Shown piece after piece: positions 25,101-37,431 of a stretch of DNA of 54,610 bases (positions are counted from its first letter, which is position 1; the number at the start of each line of letters is the position of its first letter). Position numbers and translations under genes: made by a program. Under the pieces are notes generated by a model. It did not search any database. It saw only the letters and a list, made by a program, of their open reading frames with translations, and was not told the origin of the DNA. This DNA comes from Intoshia linei. Taxonomy: Eukaryota > Animalia > Orthonectida. The stretch lies in assembly GCA_001642005.1 (NCBI GenBank), contig LWCA01000103.1, positions 1 to 54,610 on the forward strand. The letters run 5' to 3'.

Positions 25101-28100
25101 TAAAATGTAATTTCTAAAAAACGTCCAAATATTATCACTACATGAACTTTTGACGTTCCCAGTGTAAATATTTTATTTTTTCTGTAAACCAGCATTAACT
25201 TTTATTACATTAAATTTCTGCAATTAAAATTTAATGCAATTTTAGATAATGAAAATTTAAAAACAAATATAAAAAGTATCAAGAGAAAATGTAAAATTCT
25301 ACAAAATGAAAGGTGACATTTTTTAACATTTAATTAACGTTAACTTTTTTATATTTTTAATTAATCATTATTTTTTAGTCTCAATTATGTATTTGAAGAA
25401 ACGAAAATTTTAAAAACACTAACAAAGGTAGTTTATATTTTTATGTAGGTATGTCAATTTTTTCAATAAATGGTTACACACACAAACATACAGACATTCA
25501 TTTTTTGTAAACATCAAAAAACATACATTTTGAGTTAAATCACGTTATATACAATTAATGTAAGTAAGGAATCCTTACTAAGGATAAACCAACAGTTTTT
25601 CATAGATTCCAAGTCAGCCCCAATCGAACCAGTCACCAAGAATTACCGACAAAAATTTGATTCATTTCATTTCTCAAATAATATTCAAGGATAGATGAAT
25701 GAGTTTTTCGTCAATTCTGTTTAGTAGTGTAAAACATTGCCTTAATTCATAATATTTATTAATAAAATTAACTATGATTACTTAGAAAATGAGCATGTAT
25801 GAAGAAAATTTACAAAATGTAAAGAAGGTGTGCCAAACAAACCCAATGACGGATAAAAGCAAAATACAAATATTGACATGTATAGGAGAACAAATAATAT
25901 CGTCCAAATTAAAATATAACCTGGAAAAAGAAAATGCGGATTCACTAAATGTAAATAATAATAATATGACTTTTAAATCACATTCCAATATTTCTGAAAT
26001 GTTTCAAAAAAATGTAAAAAAACTAAAAAAAAAATCACCCATAAAGATTCAAAATATTTTACCAAACCAATTAAAATCGAATAATCTAAAACAAGAATCA
26101 AAACGTTCAATATTAAATTATCCTAGTGCTTTAAAAACACATCATGTTGCAAAAAGTGTGAAGATTCTGTTGATGAGTAACAAAATAAATCAACGAGTGT
26201 TTGCCAAATATATATTAAATGTTACTCAAGGCACCGCAAGTGATCTTTTATCTAAACCTAAACCATGGGAAGGATTAACTACAAAAGGAAGACAAAGTTA
26301 CTTTAAAATGTATCATTTTTTAAATGACGGAGAAAAAATTGAAAAACTGCGAAATTTGAAATATAAACGTAAATTTTATAGAAAAGTTATGTCCTGTAAT
26401 AGGACTATTGTTTTAGCGTTCAGTTGGCAATTATAGACTTTTTTTAAAAAAATTTTTTTAAATATAAAAATTCATAAAAATATTTTTTATCATTTCAAGA
26501 GTTTGAATAAAATTATAACACGCCAACGATTTTTTGGTATCATGTGTGATAATGATAATTTAGATAAAGAGTTAAAGAATAAAAATACATTGAAAAATCT
26601 TTGTCTAAATTTAGAATATACTTACAACAAGAAATATCATTCTGATACAGAGATTAACGAAAAAATTGAAAAAGTTGACAATTTCAAATTAAAAGAATAT
26701 CCACTAACCCATTTAAAAAAAAGTCATAATTTTAAACGAAAATATCAATATTTAGAAAATGGGTTAAATATTAATATGCAAAAACGTCGTGTATCGGAAA
26801 TTATAAAATGTGTATCAAATAATTATAAAAAATCGAAAAAATGCAAATATAGCTGTATGAATTGTAAAAGTAAAATTAGTAAATACCTGAAACGTGAACC
26901 AAAAATAAAAAATTCAAGCCAAAATAATCAAATTGATAATATTTTGACTTGTGACCCTATAAAAATACCAAACGAAATTAAAGATAAAGAATACACACAA
27001 AAAAAATTGACCTCATCTCTCGAACAAACAACACCTCTAAATAAAGAAATATTTGATAAAAAAGATAAAAAACAAAAAACTGTTCAAAATAATTTATTAT
27101 TAAATTACAGCATGTGCAAAATTTTAGATAAAACTGAAAAAAAAAATTCAGTTCAAGAAAATAATTGCATTGATTCAAAATTAAATTTAACTACCACTTT
27201 TCAACCAATACCTTCCAATTTAAATGTTCAAACCATTCAATCATCAAATAATATTCACCTCAAACTTAATAATATGGGTTTCTTTAATTTTAAACCAGTT
27301 TTTGAATTTAATCGATTACATAAACGGAATAGCATGTTGTGGAATAATTATACACTGGAAAAGTTTTTAACCATTATTGGAATTTATAATTTCGATATCA
27401 CCACATTTTTTAATACTCACCTCAAAATGAACCACAGTTGCGCGTTGGCTTTTTGTTTTATACCTATTCGCTTTTTAAATGATGCCACTTTTCTCTATTT
27501 TTCCAATATTATTAGACAAATTGAACCATGGGTGCAAGTTGAATTGGTCAAATTTGGTAAATTTTATTTTTTTATTATTTATCATAAATTTTATGCGATT
27601 AAATTAGTTTCTAATTGTAAGTAGAATGTTGTATTCAAAAAGGTTCACAAAGTTTATTATGCTTTATCATTAATTATTAACCCATGAATGAGAATATTCT
27701 TAAATCCAACCGTTTTTACTAAAAATCAATAAATATAAGTATCAAAAGTTATAATTTAATTGATTTTCTATAACAATTTATACTTGTATTACCCTTAACA
27801 GAATTCCATGCTTAATGTTCCATGAATTAATTTAATTTTTTTAAAACAGGTTGCATAATCAATATCTAATTCTTCAGATAATCCGAAGAATTTATTTTTA
27901 TATTCCAATCAAAAGTGGATCAGCCTTATAGACAATAAAACAATATACACACAAAATAAAACTGTTATCCTCTCCTTTTTTGTTTTACTACAAATATTAT
28001 GATTTCAGAAGTGGCTAGAGTTTTGTTAGATCCCGTTTATAGTATAATCCAGTTTCATCACAATTCTATACATCGTTTGGCTTATATTCAGAAATTTTCT

Positions 28101-30671
28101 TATTATTATATTATTCGAAAAAGAATTTTGAACGTTTATTAAGAAATAGTCAGAAAAAAGTCATTTTTAGAAATGACTCAATACCAGAGGTGTCAGACTC
28201 AATTTGCTTAGCGGGCCAAATGTGAAAAAAAATTATTACGCGGGCACAAAAAAAATCTTTACTCTAAAAATTATGTTAAACTAAGTTTTAATAAATTCAT
28301 AAAATGAAATAAACAAAAATTTTTCAAAATTTCAATACAATTTCATTTATAAATATGAGTCATTTTTATCCATGCGCGAGAAGTGAAGGGTTAAAACAAA
28401 AATTAAATTACAATGATAAATAAATCAAAGTTAAGAAAAAAACAAATTTGAGAAAGTTCACTTTTACAAATGTTAAATGTCAAAATTGATCAACCAGGAT
28501 TAAAGTACACAAGCCCTATTTTCAACTAAAGTTTTGGTAAATGGTCTATTTAAAATGGCTAGTTGAATTTATTAAGTGGTGAACACAAAATTTAAGTAAC
28601 TTTATTAGTTGATAATGGATTTACTGTAAATCATTTAAATGTAGTTTTCTTCATTTTGTTAATCATTCTATTTTCGTTCATTTGAATGTCGTTTCATTTT
28701 TTTTGAGTGAATTTTAATTATAAGATACTTATATAACTAAATTTATATGATGAGTCTTCATGCACCACGCTTAATTTGTTATAATGATGCATTAATGAAG
28801 TTATCTGATTGAAAAAATGAAAATTAAGTTAACTGAATTTATATGATGAATCTTCATGCACCACGCTTAATTTATTATAATGATGCATTAATGAAGTTAT
28901 CTGATTGAAAAATGACAGAATTAAGTTAAAATACATACATTGAGTGAGCGTTTTGTTTTTCGATTAAATTTATTTTCAATTTTATAATGTGAGAATGAAA
29001 AAAAATTCGATAAATTATCATAAATGAAATATGTTTCACATGAAAACAAGCACAAATTATTTTATCCATTTTAAAGGCAGTCTATTTTGTTAGTCAAATA
29101 AATGCAGTAATAGATCATAGTTTCTTAACCAGGGTTGTGGCCTTTAGGGGGTCGCAAATTTTAATAAATTTATATTTTATAGTTTTATTGTTTATTAGGT
29201 ACATAAGACCTCTCAATCAGAGCCGTTTTAAGGCATGGGTAATATGGGTTGTAGCCTAGGGCCACTCATTAAAAAAAGCACCCAAATTAATAAAAGTACT
29301 TTACATATATCTTAAAAAGAGGCCCAATTTATTAAAACATACTTTACATTTATATCTTGAGAAATATATAGTTTTGAAGTGTGGGAATTCAAATAGTTTA
29401 AAGTTTTTGTAAAAGAAATATAAGTTACTAGAAACCTACATAATATATTTTAATGCTTTTATTAATACTCAATAAAATAAGACTCTAAGTCTCTAACCAA
29501 CAGTATGCCCTGTCTTCTAAAAAGGGACCCTAAAATTTTATTATTGCTTCGCTCGAAACTTTAAAGGGCCTCCGGCCATTTGCTTAGCTCAGAGCCACGA
29601 AGTGCCTTAAGACGTCTCTGCTCCCAATACCGCTATTTCGCTATGTGGTCATTAACAAGTCATAGTAAAATAATTATAAATATAGTGGCGGTATTGAGAG
29701 GCCTGACTGTATATTCATTTGATAAAATTAAGAAGGAATTATTATTTTATAGTCTACTCCCTTATTTATTGGATATTTATAAAAAAATTGATGACTTTTT
29801 TATGGAAGGAAATTTAAATTGGAACAATATATGCGCGGTTTGTACTGATGGTGCACACGCTATGATGTGGTTAAAATCTGGGTTGAAAGTAAAAATAAAA
29901 GAAAAAGTTCCTGGTGTTAAAGTGGCAAATTTCTCATTAATTTAAAGTTACATGATTATTAAAAGTATGTAATATAATAAATGAATTAACATCTATTTTG
30001 AATATGAATTATTTGTTACGCATTTTAAATTTCAAAACGAAACAAATTACGAAACTAATCATACTTGTGTAATTTTGAAAATATGGATTCAAAATATGTA
30101 GATTTATACTAGAGTTTTTTTAAATTCAACAGCCCCATCAATGCTAAATTGAGTCAAGTTTACTAGTATGATGATTACCATAATTGTGATAATCTTAATA
30201 AAACTTTTAAATGGTAATTGAAAAATATATTATTTGATTTCCCGTTTATCATGAATTTTAATTTATAACGAGTTCGCACAATTTTTTAACTTTGGACCTG
30301 TAATCCTTTAATTATATAAAATGTGAACGTTTTATTTTCTAAGTAAATGGTTACACAGACACACATTTTAGCTACTTTTACTTTATATAAATAAGGATAT
30401 ATTTTTAATTGTAACTGATTCATTACTTTTAGATATTAATTCGATAACAAAATTAAAAAAATTAAAGATACAAGAAATGTACGTTTATGTATTGGAAAAT
30501 GTAAAAATTTTAAAAGAAATAGTTGAATCACTGATGAACATTTTCCTGTCAGTAAATTTTGGAGAAATGATTGAAACGGCAATTCTATCGTCAACATTTT
30601 CTCGAAAAATTGAAGAAACTGAATTTTACAAATATATAACAAATTTTATTAAACTTCAGGCAAAAGCCTAA
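22190..30671 (+). CDS. Cux/CUTL-like transcription factor gene, multi-exon and reduced (N-terminal coiled coil plus one clear CUT domain; 3' end uncertain)
   Basis: First exon MASEWKKKHIDQIHQQL resembles the Cux/CASP N-terminus (W-K-x-x-D-L-x-x-L-Q-x-x-L). Coiled-coil exons near 23260, 24157, 25246 and 25379. CUT domain at ~26130-26360, QRVFAKYILNVTQGTASDLLSKPKPWEGLTTKGRQSYFKMYHFLNDGEKIEKLR, closest in pattern to Cux CUT repeat 3. Large exon ~26500-27556; phase-compatible last exon ~30433-30671. Confidence 0.65.
24257..24870 (+). repeat. Helitron-like family copy (5' portion) in an intron of the Cux-like gene
   Basis: Begins ATCCTAACTTATATATAAA...TTTGTTTGTCTGTTTGTTTG and shares internal motifs (GGTCAAAAACCCCAATT, GGTCAAAAAAGCAC) with other copies; similar starts at ~50309 and ~52625. 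Confidence 0.7.
28739..28930. repeat. Tandem duplication, two copies of ~96 bp
   Basis: AATTTATATGATGA.TCTTCATGCACCACGCTTAATTT.TTATAATGATGCATTAATGAAGTTATCTGATTGAAAAA occurs twice. Confidence 0.85.
29765..29935 (+). mobile_element. hAT (Charlie/Buster-like) transposase fragment
   Basis: DIYKKIDDFF....LNWNNICAVCTDGAHAM...KSGL...IKE, containing the CTDGAxAM motif. Confidence 0.75.
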
Positions 30672-30697
30672 AATATACATAAAAATAAATGTTGATT

Positions 30698-31672
30698 CTA
30701 CATATCAAATTGTTCAAAATTAAAGTAGTATTTTTGATCGACACAAGATTCATAGGTAGGACAATCTGAGAATGATTCAGTAGAATTTGAATTTGGTATT
30801 GTTGGAGGCAGATTATCTGATATTGTTGACGTTGCAGTAACAATACTAGAATGCCTTTTATATCCAAAGGGTATTAATGCCGTAAATACTGTGATTAAAA
30901 GAAAATTTAAAAAAAACAAAATTTGAATCAAATATTCATTTTTAACTTCATTTGAATAATCTACATATTCCATTACATTTCGATAAATGATAATAAAAGT
31001 GTTGGTTACAATGTTGGTAATTACAATATAGAGACATGTAATATGTATATTGTTGGAAACTTTAACTTTACGGTGTTGTATTGAATGTGTTTTTGACTTC
31101 ATACTTTTTCCATAATATAATTGAGTCGTTATTATTACAAATATTGGCAATATAGTAGTAAATAGTGAATCATATCCTGTAATATATGCATTGTTGTAAA
31201 ATTTTATAATGTACTTGCTTCTGTACGAACTTGAATTGTAGTACAAAATACCCGATAGTACACCTGCAACTGAAAAGCACATAAACTGACCGAAGCACAC
31301 TTGACGTAATGATATTTTCCATCCATTGTTCCAACTATAAGCGCATCTAACGATGATAGAATGAATGAGGATATACGTAATGTTTTTTGATAGAGCAGAT
31401 AGCACAAAAAATATGACAGCGTAAGCAGCGTTTGTCACCTCAAACATGTTTTTGTTTACGGCATTCATTTCCAATATACCCAACATCATTGTTTGGAAAA
31501 AGAAACAAATTACAATGTTTATGTAATATAGAGAAATTAGAGTTTTTTCATTTATTATACCTTTGAATATGTTGTTGATTGATAAAATGCACAATCCAAT
31601 GCATGTCAGTACGACAGCCATTACTACATACTGGTAAATCATTTCTCCGGTTGTTTCTTCTGAATGTATCAT
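30698..31672 (-). CDS. Intronless orphan 7-transmembrane protein (divergent GPCR/chemoreceptor-like)
   Basis: 324-aa ORF with seven hydrophobic segments, SIIVRCAY at the end of TM3 (DRY position), LP in TM5, basic ICL3 and a Ser/Thr-rich C-tail. Confidence 0.7.
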   Translation of the reverse strand: MIHSEETTGEMIYQYVVMAVVLTCIGLCILSINNIFKGIINEKTLISLYYINIVICFFFQTMMLGILEMNAVNKNMFEVTNAAYAVIFFVLSALSKNITYILIHSIIVRCAYSWNNGWKISLRQVCFGQFMCFSVAGVLSGILYYNSSSYRSKYIIKFYNNAYITGYDSLFTTILPIFVIITTQLYYGKSMKSKTHSIQHRKVKVSNNIHITCLYIVITNIVTNTFIIIYRNVMEYVDYSNEVKNEYLIQILFFLNFLLITVFTALIPFGYKRHSSIVTATSTISDNLPPTIPNSNSTESFSDCPTYESCVDQKYYFNFEQFDM

Positions 31673-32101
31673 TGAACTGGTTTAAAAAATCAAAAATATT
31701 TGTAATATTTATATTAAAAGTTTCAAATTATTTGTAAGCTTTTATTATAATAAATATTATTGGAAATGTTGATCAAGAGAAATATATCCAACGCCTACAT
31801 TTGTATAGTGCTCCATTTGTTTATTTTTACAGCTGAATAAATTCGAAACGACTGGTTTCCAACTAGTCTGAATTTTAAACAAAGCTATATAATTTTTCTG
31901 CAATTTCACTTGGTTAATCAAAATTAATAGTATTTATATCGCGTTTATTCTACATTAAACCCATAAACTACTTTATACGTATAGACTATTTCATTAGTAG
32001 TGTACAATGTACATATTGTTAATAAGACATTCATAACAACTAAAATATAATGAATATATTGTTTCTTTTACACTAATTTTAATGACTAATTTATTAAAAT
32101 A

Positions 32102-33000
32102 GTAGGTTAATTGTTATGTACTTGGTACAAACAGCACATAGCTCTGCCGAGGGCGACTTTTTTAATTCTACCAAAAAAATAAATTCAATAATAAAATGTT
32201 ACATTCACTATTATAAACCTTTTAAAGGAGTGGATTCGAAACTTTTTAGTGAAATTAAGTGTTTTCGTAAAGTTTTTGTTTGGAAATACAAAAAAATGAA
32301 TACTAAAATTATTTTTTGACCGTAAAGGCGTCACTTTAAAATGTTTTTTAAAATTATAAGGCTATTTTAATTTTTAAAGGGTAATCTGTGGTTTTGATCG
32401 TGAAAATAGACCTTTTTATGTGTTTGCAATTTTAAAAACTATCCCATAAGTTGTTTTAAGTTATATAATATGCTACGTGATTTTTGTTTGTGTGTGTGTT
32501 TAGCTTTATTTAAATAACTACCCGTTTTAGAATTTTATAAAGTCCACAATTCCATTACAGTTTTTTCCGGAGGTTTCGCAAACTTAATTTCAACCACCCA
32601 AATTCACATCTTATGGGATAAAAACCCCAATTGTCCTTTTTTTGAACATCAAAAAAGTTAACAATTTAAAAAAATATATACTCTGATACGGATTTTAAAA
32701 TCATAAACATTATCATAAATTTAAATTTAAAAAAGTTATATCTTCAGGGCCAAAACTACAAACTACCCTTCTTTTTTAATGAAAACAGCCCTAGAATTTA
32801 AACAAATTTACAGGTGGTACAGTTTGATACCTGTTAACACACACAGAAAGTTTCAATCCAAATAAGTGACGACTTCACGGTCAAAAAAGCATTTTAGCAT
32901 TCATATTTTTTTTTTCGAAATATTTTATTAACAACAAAAAGTAAAACAAAAAATCTGAAATAATTAACAATCCGAAAATTAAAAAAAAAATATTATTCTG
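32102..33000. repeat. Two abutting Helitron-like fragments in opposite orientation
   Basis: 32102-32460 is a reversed 3' end; 32462-33000 is the reverse complement of 1-478. Confidence 0.7.
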
Positions 33001-34689
33001 ATAGAGATTTTTAGTTATATATAGAGATATACAATTGCAATTAAAACAAGTTAAATCACTATTTAATGAGATGGATGAGGTTTATGATTTAGTACAAAAT
33101 TTTTGATATTCGGTGTTCGAATTTCTGACTTATCTTAGTTAACTTTAAAGTTAAATCTTTATTTAATTTCAAACTAAGTGTATTTCTCAGTTTTTTTTAT
33201 TAATGTTTGGTAAAAGTGGATTTTTTTTAAGGGTTAGTAAAAGTCGTTTTTTTCTTTTTAATAATATTAAATTATTCCTGAAATAATAATAATCCCGTTA
33301 TATAGCGGGACCCCTTTGGGAAGCTGATATAAAGATTAATTGTTTCTAATTGCGCCCAATAGAAAAAATGTTGAGAAACACTGTACTACGCAGTTAATAA
33401 TCTTTTCATATTTTCCACTAAATGTCCATATTTCATAAGACAATGCGTTAATTTGACCCCAAGAAATGAATTCTATTGAGACGATATCGACTATTTTTAG
33501 TAGAGAATTATATTTTTTTCGAAGCAGAACTAATGAAGCTACAAATAATTAGGAAAATTAAAATTTACTCACTTAGCTAGTAATGTTTCATTTATTTCTA
33601 TCGATCACAGTATTATGGAATCTGTCGATAAGATCGATTCTGACATTAATAAAATAAATCGGAAAATTTATAGATCTAGGGACAAAACATTGTACGTTTA
33701 CTATTTTTCGTTAATAGTTAGATTCATTTCAAAATTATAGATGCAACCACGGAGAAAATTCCTTATGCGTTCACTGTTCGCCATTAGAAGTAATTGATAA
33801 AATGTATATAATTAATAATTATCGTCGTATTGAACGCTGACTACCGTAGAATACTCGCTACCAGTATACCTGTTAGATCTCAGTTTATAATTAAAATGTA
33901 TATTTTCACAGATAGCTTAGTCTACTGAGCAGTGGTTCCCGTTGGGTCCCTCGACCACTTTGGAAAATGGTGGGAATTTATCCCAAAGCCTAGACGACCG
34001 GTACATTATTATATATACAATCCCACTTTATCATATAATTAATAAAATTTAATAAAAAATACCATTTTAAAACCTCAGGAGAAAATCGACTTTTACCGAT
34101 ATTTTTTTGAAAATCCCTTTTTTCCAATATTTCTAATTTAATTTTAAAATTTCTCTTAAATCTGTGCCCCTCAGACTCTGTAGGCCCCCTGGTGGGGCCA
34201 AGCCCCCCATTTGGGAACCACTAATTTAACCATAAACTCTATGACATGTCCGAATATTAGGGAAAATGGATGAAAGTTGTGAAAGAAAAAAGTAAAGACG
34301 CAGTATTTTTGAACCAAAATTAATAATATTTATATTATTCCGAAGCAAATTAAATGGGGATCATTACCTATACCTGTATTTGTTACATTTCAAAATGGAA
34401 TAGCCCTACTATACATGCAACTAATTTAAATAGTTAAAAAATGGCTGTAATAATAACTTGATTTGACATAAAATTTAAAAATATTATCTGTCGTTTATTT
34501 TTTTAATTCACATTGTGAATAGACACAATAAGTTTAAACTATGGTTACAATTTACCGGTAAATTTTAAACAGAAAAAATATTGAAATATATTATAAAGTT
34601 GAGTATTCCTTATCTACGCAACAATAAGTTATGCACAAAAAGTAAATTTGCCACAATTTATCAAAAATTTTTTAATTTGAATAATATTT

Positions 34690-36117
34690 TTAATTATATC
34701 CAGGCATTTGCTGTGTCGTAGAATAAGGCATTTGTTGAGTCATAGAACTTGACATTTGCGTTAATTTCGACATTGCATCTGATAAACAATTTTGTATGTA
34801 TGCATTCCAGCCACTAGAAAGTTGTTGATCAATAAAATTTCTCTTTCCAATCTAATAAAAATTACAATAATATACATCTATCTATATCAGGATCGGCAAC
34901 CAGTGGCCCACAGAATAATTTTGGTGGCCCTTTGAGTATATATGTAAATTATTTTTAAATGTATTTTTAAATTTTTAACTTTAAAACCGTTTTAACATTT
35001 TCCACTACAATTGGCTTATTATAATCATTTTAATACTGAATTTTCAAATCGCCCTGGATTTTATTTTGTTTAATATACTAGAATCGTTTATCTTTAATTA
35101 AAATTGAAATGTATCATGTGTAAATTTTGAAAACGGGACCAATGGAATTTTTTGGTATAAAATGTTGCCCACGAGATGCAAAAAGTTTCCGATCACTGAG
35201 CTATATGTTGTATGTTATAAAAGAACCAAGTCAAACGTTAATCACGAGAAAACAAATTTAACAAAATTTATAGTGAAAATTATAATAAAAGAAAAACAAA
35301 TCGAAAAAAAGTGATTGTAAGACAAAGTTAGGCAAATCCTGTATGTAAACTTGATAAATTCGGATCATTCAGAATAAGAATTTGACATGGATGTTTTATA
35401 ATAAACTAAAAATAATATAAAGACCTGTATGGTCATTGTTATGAATACAAATTCGGAAAATTGAATATTCCCTGGAAACAAACGTGCCATAATTTCATAA
35501 GCAACAGGGTATCCTAGGGCGTCTAAGCCAATTTGATATTCATATGAATTCAAACCATCACTTAATTTAGACAAATTAAAGGCTCGATAGCACAGGCTTA
35601 ATCCATGTATATAATTCATTAAATATTCAAATTCTTTAGAATTCAGTTGATTGGATGATTTCCCAAAATGTGCTAAAATTTTATCGTGAATTTATTAATG
35701 CAGCGGATCCCAAAGTTTCAAATACTTATTACAAGTAGGTAACAATATGTAAGTGACAAAATAATGTATCATCAAAATGTTGGATTTATTTTGTTATGAA
35801 CCCGCCTGAGAAAAATTGCATTAAGTAGTAATAAATTAATCTTTCAAAAATGAAATATTATTACATATTAAATATTGCAATAAACCCATTGATATTTTAA
35901 ATCGAAAATCTAAATTTAATATTATAAAATTTTAAATGTAAATTTTAGTTACCTTTAGCAAGACAAGGCATCAGTCCGTTAATATCTATAGTGTGACCAT
36001 TAGCTGAATGACTATTTGAAAATATTCACGTTAAGTATATAATTTAAAAAATGTATACTTTAAAAAACTTTGCCCGTATTGAGTCGAATCATGTGTCCTT
36101 CCCTGATTTTGAAACAT
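34690..36117 (-). CDS. Divergent penta-EF-hand family protein (sorcin/grancalcin/ALG-2-like)
   Basis: Five phase-consistent exons give ...GHTIDINGLMPCLAKDFRFKISMGLLQYLISHFGKSSNQLNSKEFEYLMNYIHGLSLCYRAFNLSKLSDGLNSYEYQIGLDALGY...GNIQFSEFVFITMTIQ...; helix spacing and hydrophobic pattern match PEF proteins. Confidence 0.6.
34888..35198. mobile_element. hAT-type MITE in the last intron of the PEF gene
   Basis: Imperfect TIRs CAGGATCGGCAAC/GTTTCCGATCACTG; TSD ATCTATAT/AGCTATAT. Confidence 0.75.
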
Positions 36118-36795
36118 TTCAATTTTGTAGAGCAATGTAAATAAAAATGTATAACGTTTGAGCTGCTAAATGTACTCCTTAACTATAGTTATAAATATAC
36201 TTTTTTAGTTTATCGAATATAGTGTAAAAATCTAGTTAACTTACTGATAAATCAAAAGAATTTCAAGAGTTCATATCAACATTCTAAATTTACATTCTAA
36301 TTTGAATTTGAATTAATTTGTAAAATGTAGTAACTATTAGAATCCAAGTTGTACAAATGAATGATACATTTTAAAAATTAAGGTACAAATTAATTTTTTT
36401 CAGCAACGTAGTCTGACATTTTTAGGTAAGTGTTCTAAAAATTAACATCAAGTATATTCTCTTAATCACAGTGCATTCCAATATATAATTAAAAATTTGT
36501 ATAAAAATTACTGTAATATACAGTTTATAATTACATATAAAAAAGTTTAAAAAAAATGCGGATTGAAAAATGTTAAATGAAACCAAACTTCATTATCAAA
36601 TGTGATTATTAATCAGTGATTAAGGTCTAATAAATTTAATTCAAATAAATTAATTTATTTTAAATTCCGACATAATTTAAAAATAAACATAAAAAATCTT
36701 ATAAAATGAACATTTCTATAATATTTTCAAAAAATAAAATTAGTTTCGATAACAATATAAAGTTTATTTCAAATAAATTATCGATCAAAACGTGA

Positions 36796-37405
36796 ATGAC
36801 GTCTAAAGTAAGTTAAAATTAATAATATACATATTAAAATTTAATACCAATATATTAGAAAAAATCTGCTCAGTCTACAAATTCTAAATTGTCTTTGGCT
36901 GCAAAAACGGGGAAATGTTTATACGGTTACAAAGAAGCGCTTAGGTTTTTTTAAATTTATATTAAAACTCATTTTTTCAGATCCATGAGAGCACGACATT
37001 CAAAATTAGTTATTATTCCAACTTCAATTTCTCCAACCAGGTATAATAAATAATTCAAGCATCTTAAAAATTTAATAGAACCAGCTTGATTGAATATTAT
37101 GCAATGTTGACGGGTGTAGCTGTACATCATTACGAAGGAAATGCCACTCAATTAGGAATTGCGTGTGGAAAAAAATACAACACTGGAACCGTCTCTATAG
37201 TCGATGCAGGTATTTGTTTTTCCCATTATAAATCAGTCATCCCCAACGCGCAGAAGACAGTTTTAGACGTTTTGATTTTATTCATGTGTAACATGAAAAA
37301 TTAAATTTAAATTGAGAACCCTGTTGTAAAATTAAAACTTGTCTATTATACTTAAATTTAGGTGACAGTGACATAATCAAGTGGATGGAAGATAGCTCTG
37401 TATAA
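36796..37405 (+). CDS. RPL30: 60S ribosomal protein L30 (eL30), 5 exons
   Basis: Spliced [110 protein letters not shown]; IEYYAML...HHY.GN..LG.ACGK and GDSDII are eL30 signatures. Confidence 0.93.
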
Positions 37406-37431
37406 AACTAATAAATAAAAGTTTAATATAA

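Noticed and set aside
28739-28930. Direct repeats as a possible CRISPR-like array
   Set aside because: Only two adjacent ~96-bp copies without spacers, in eukaryotic intronic DNA; a simple tandem duplication.
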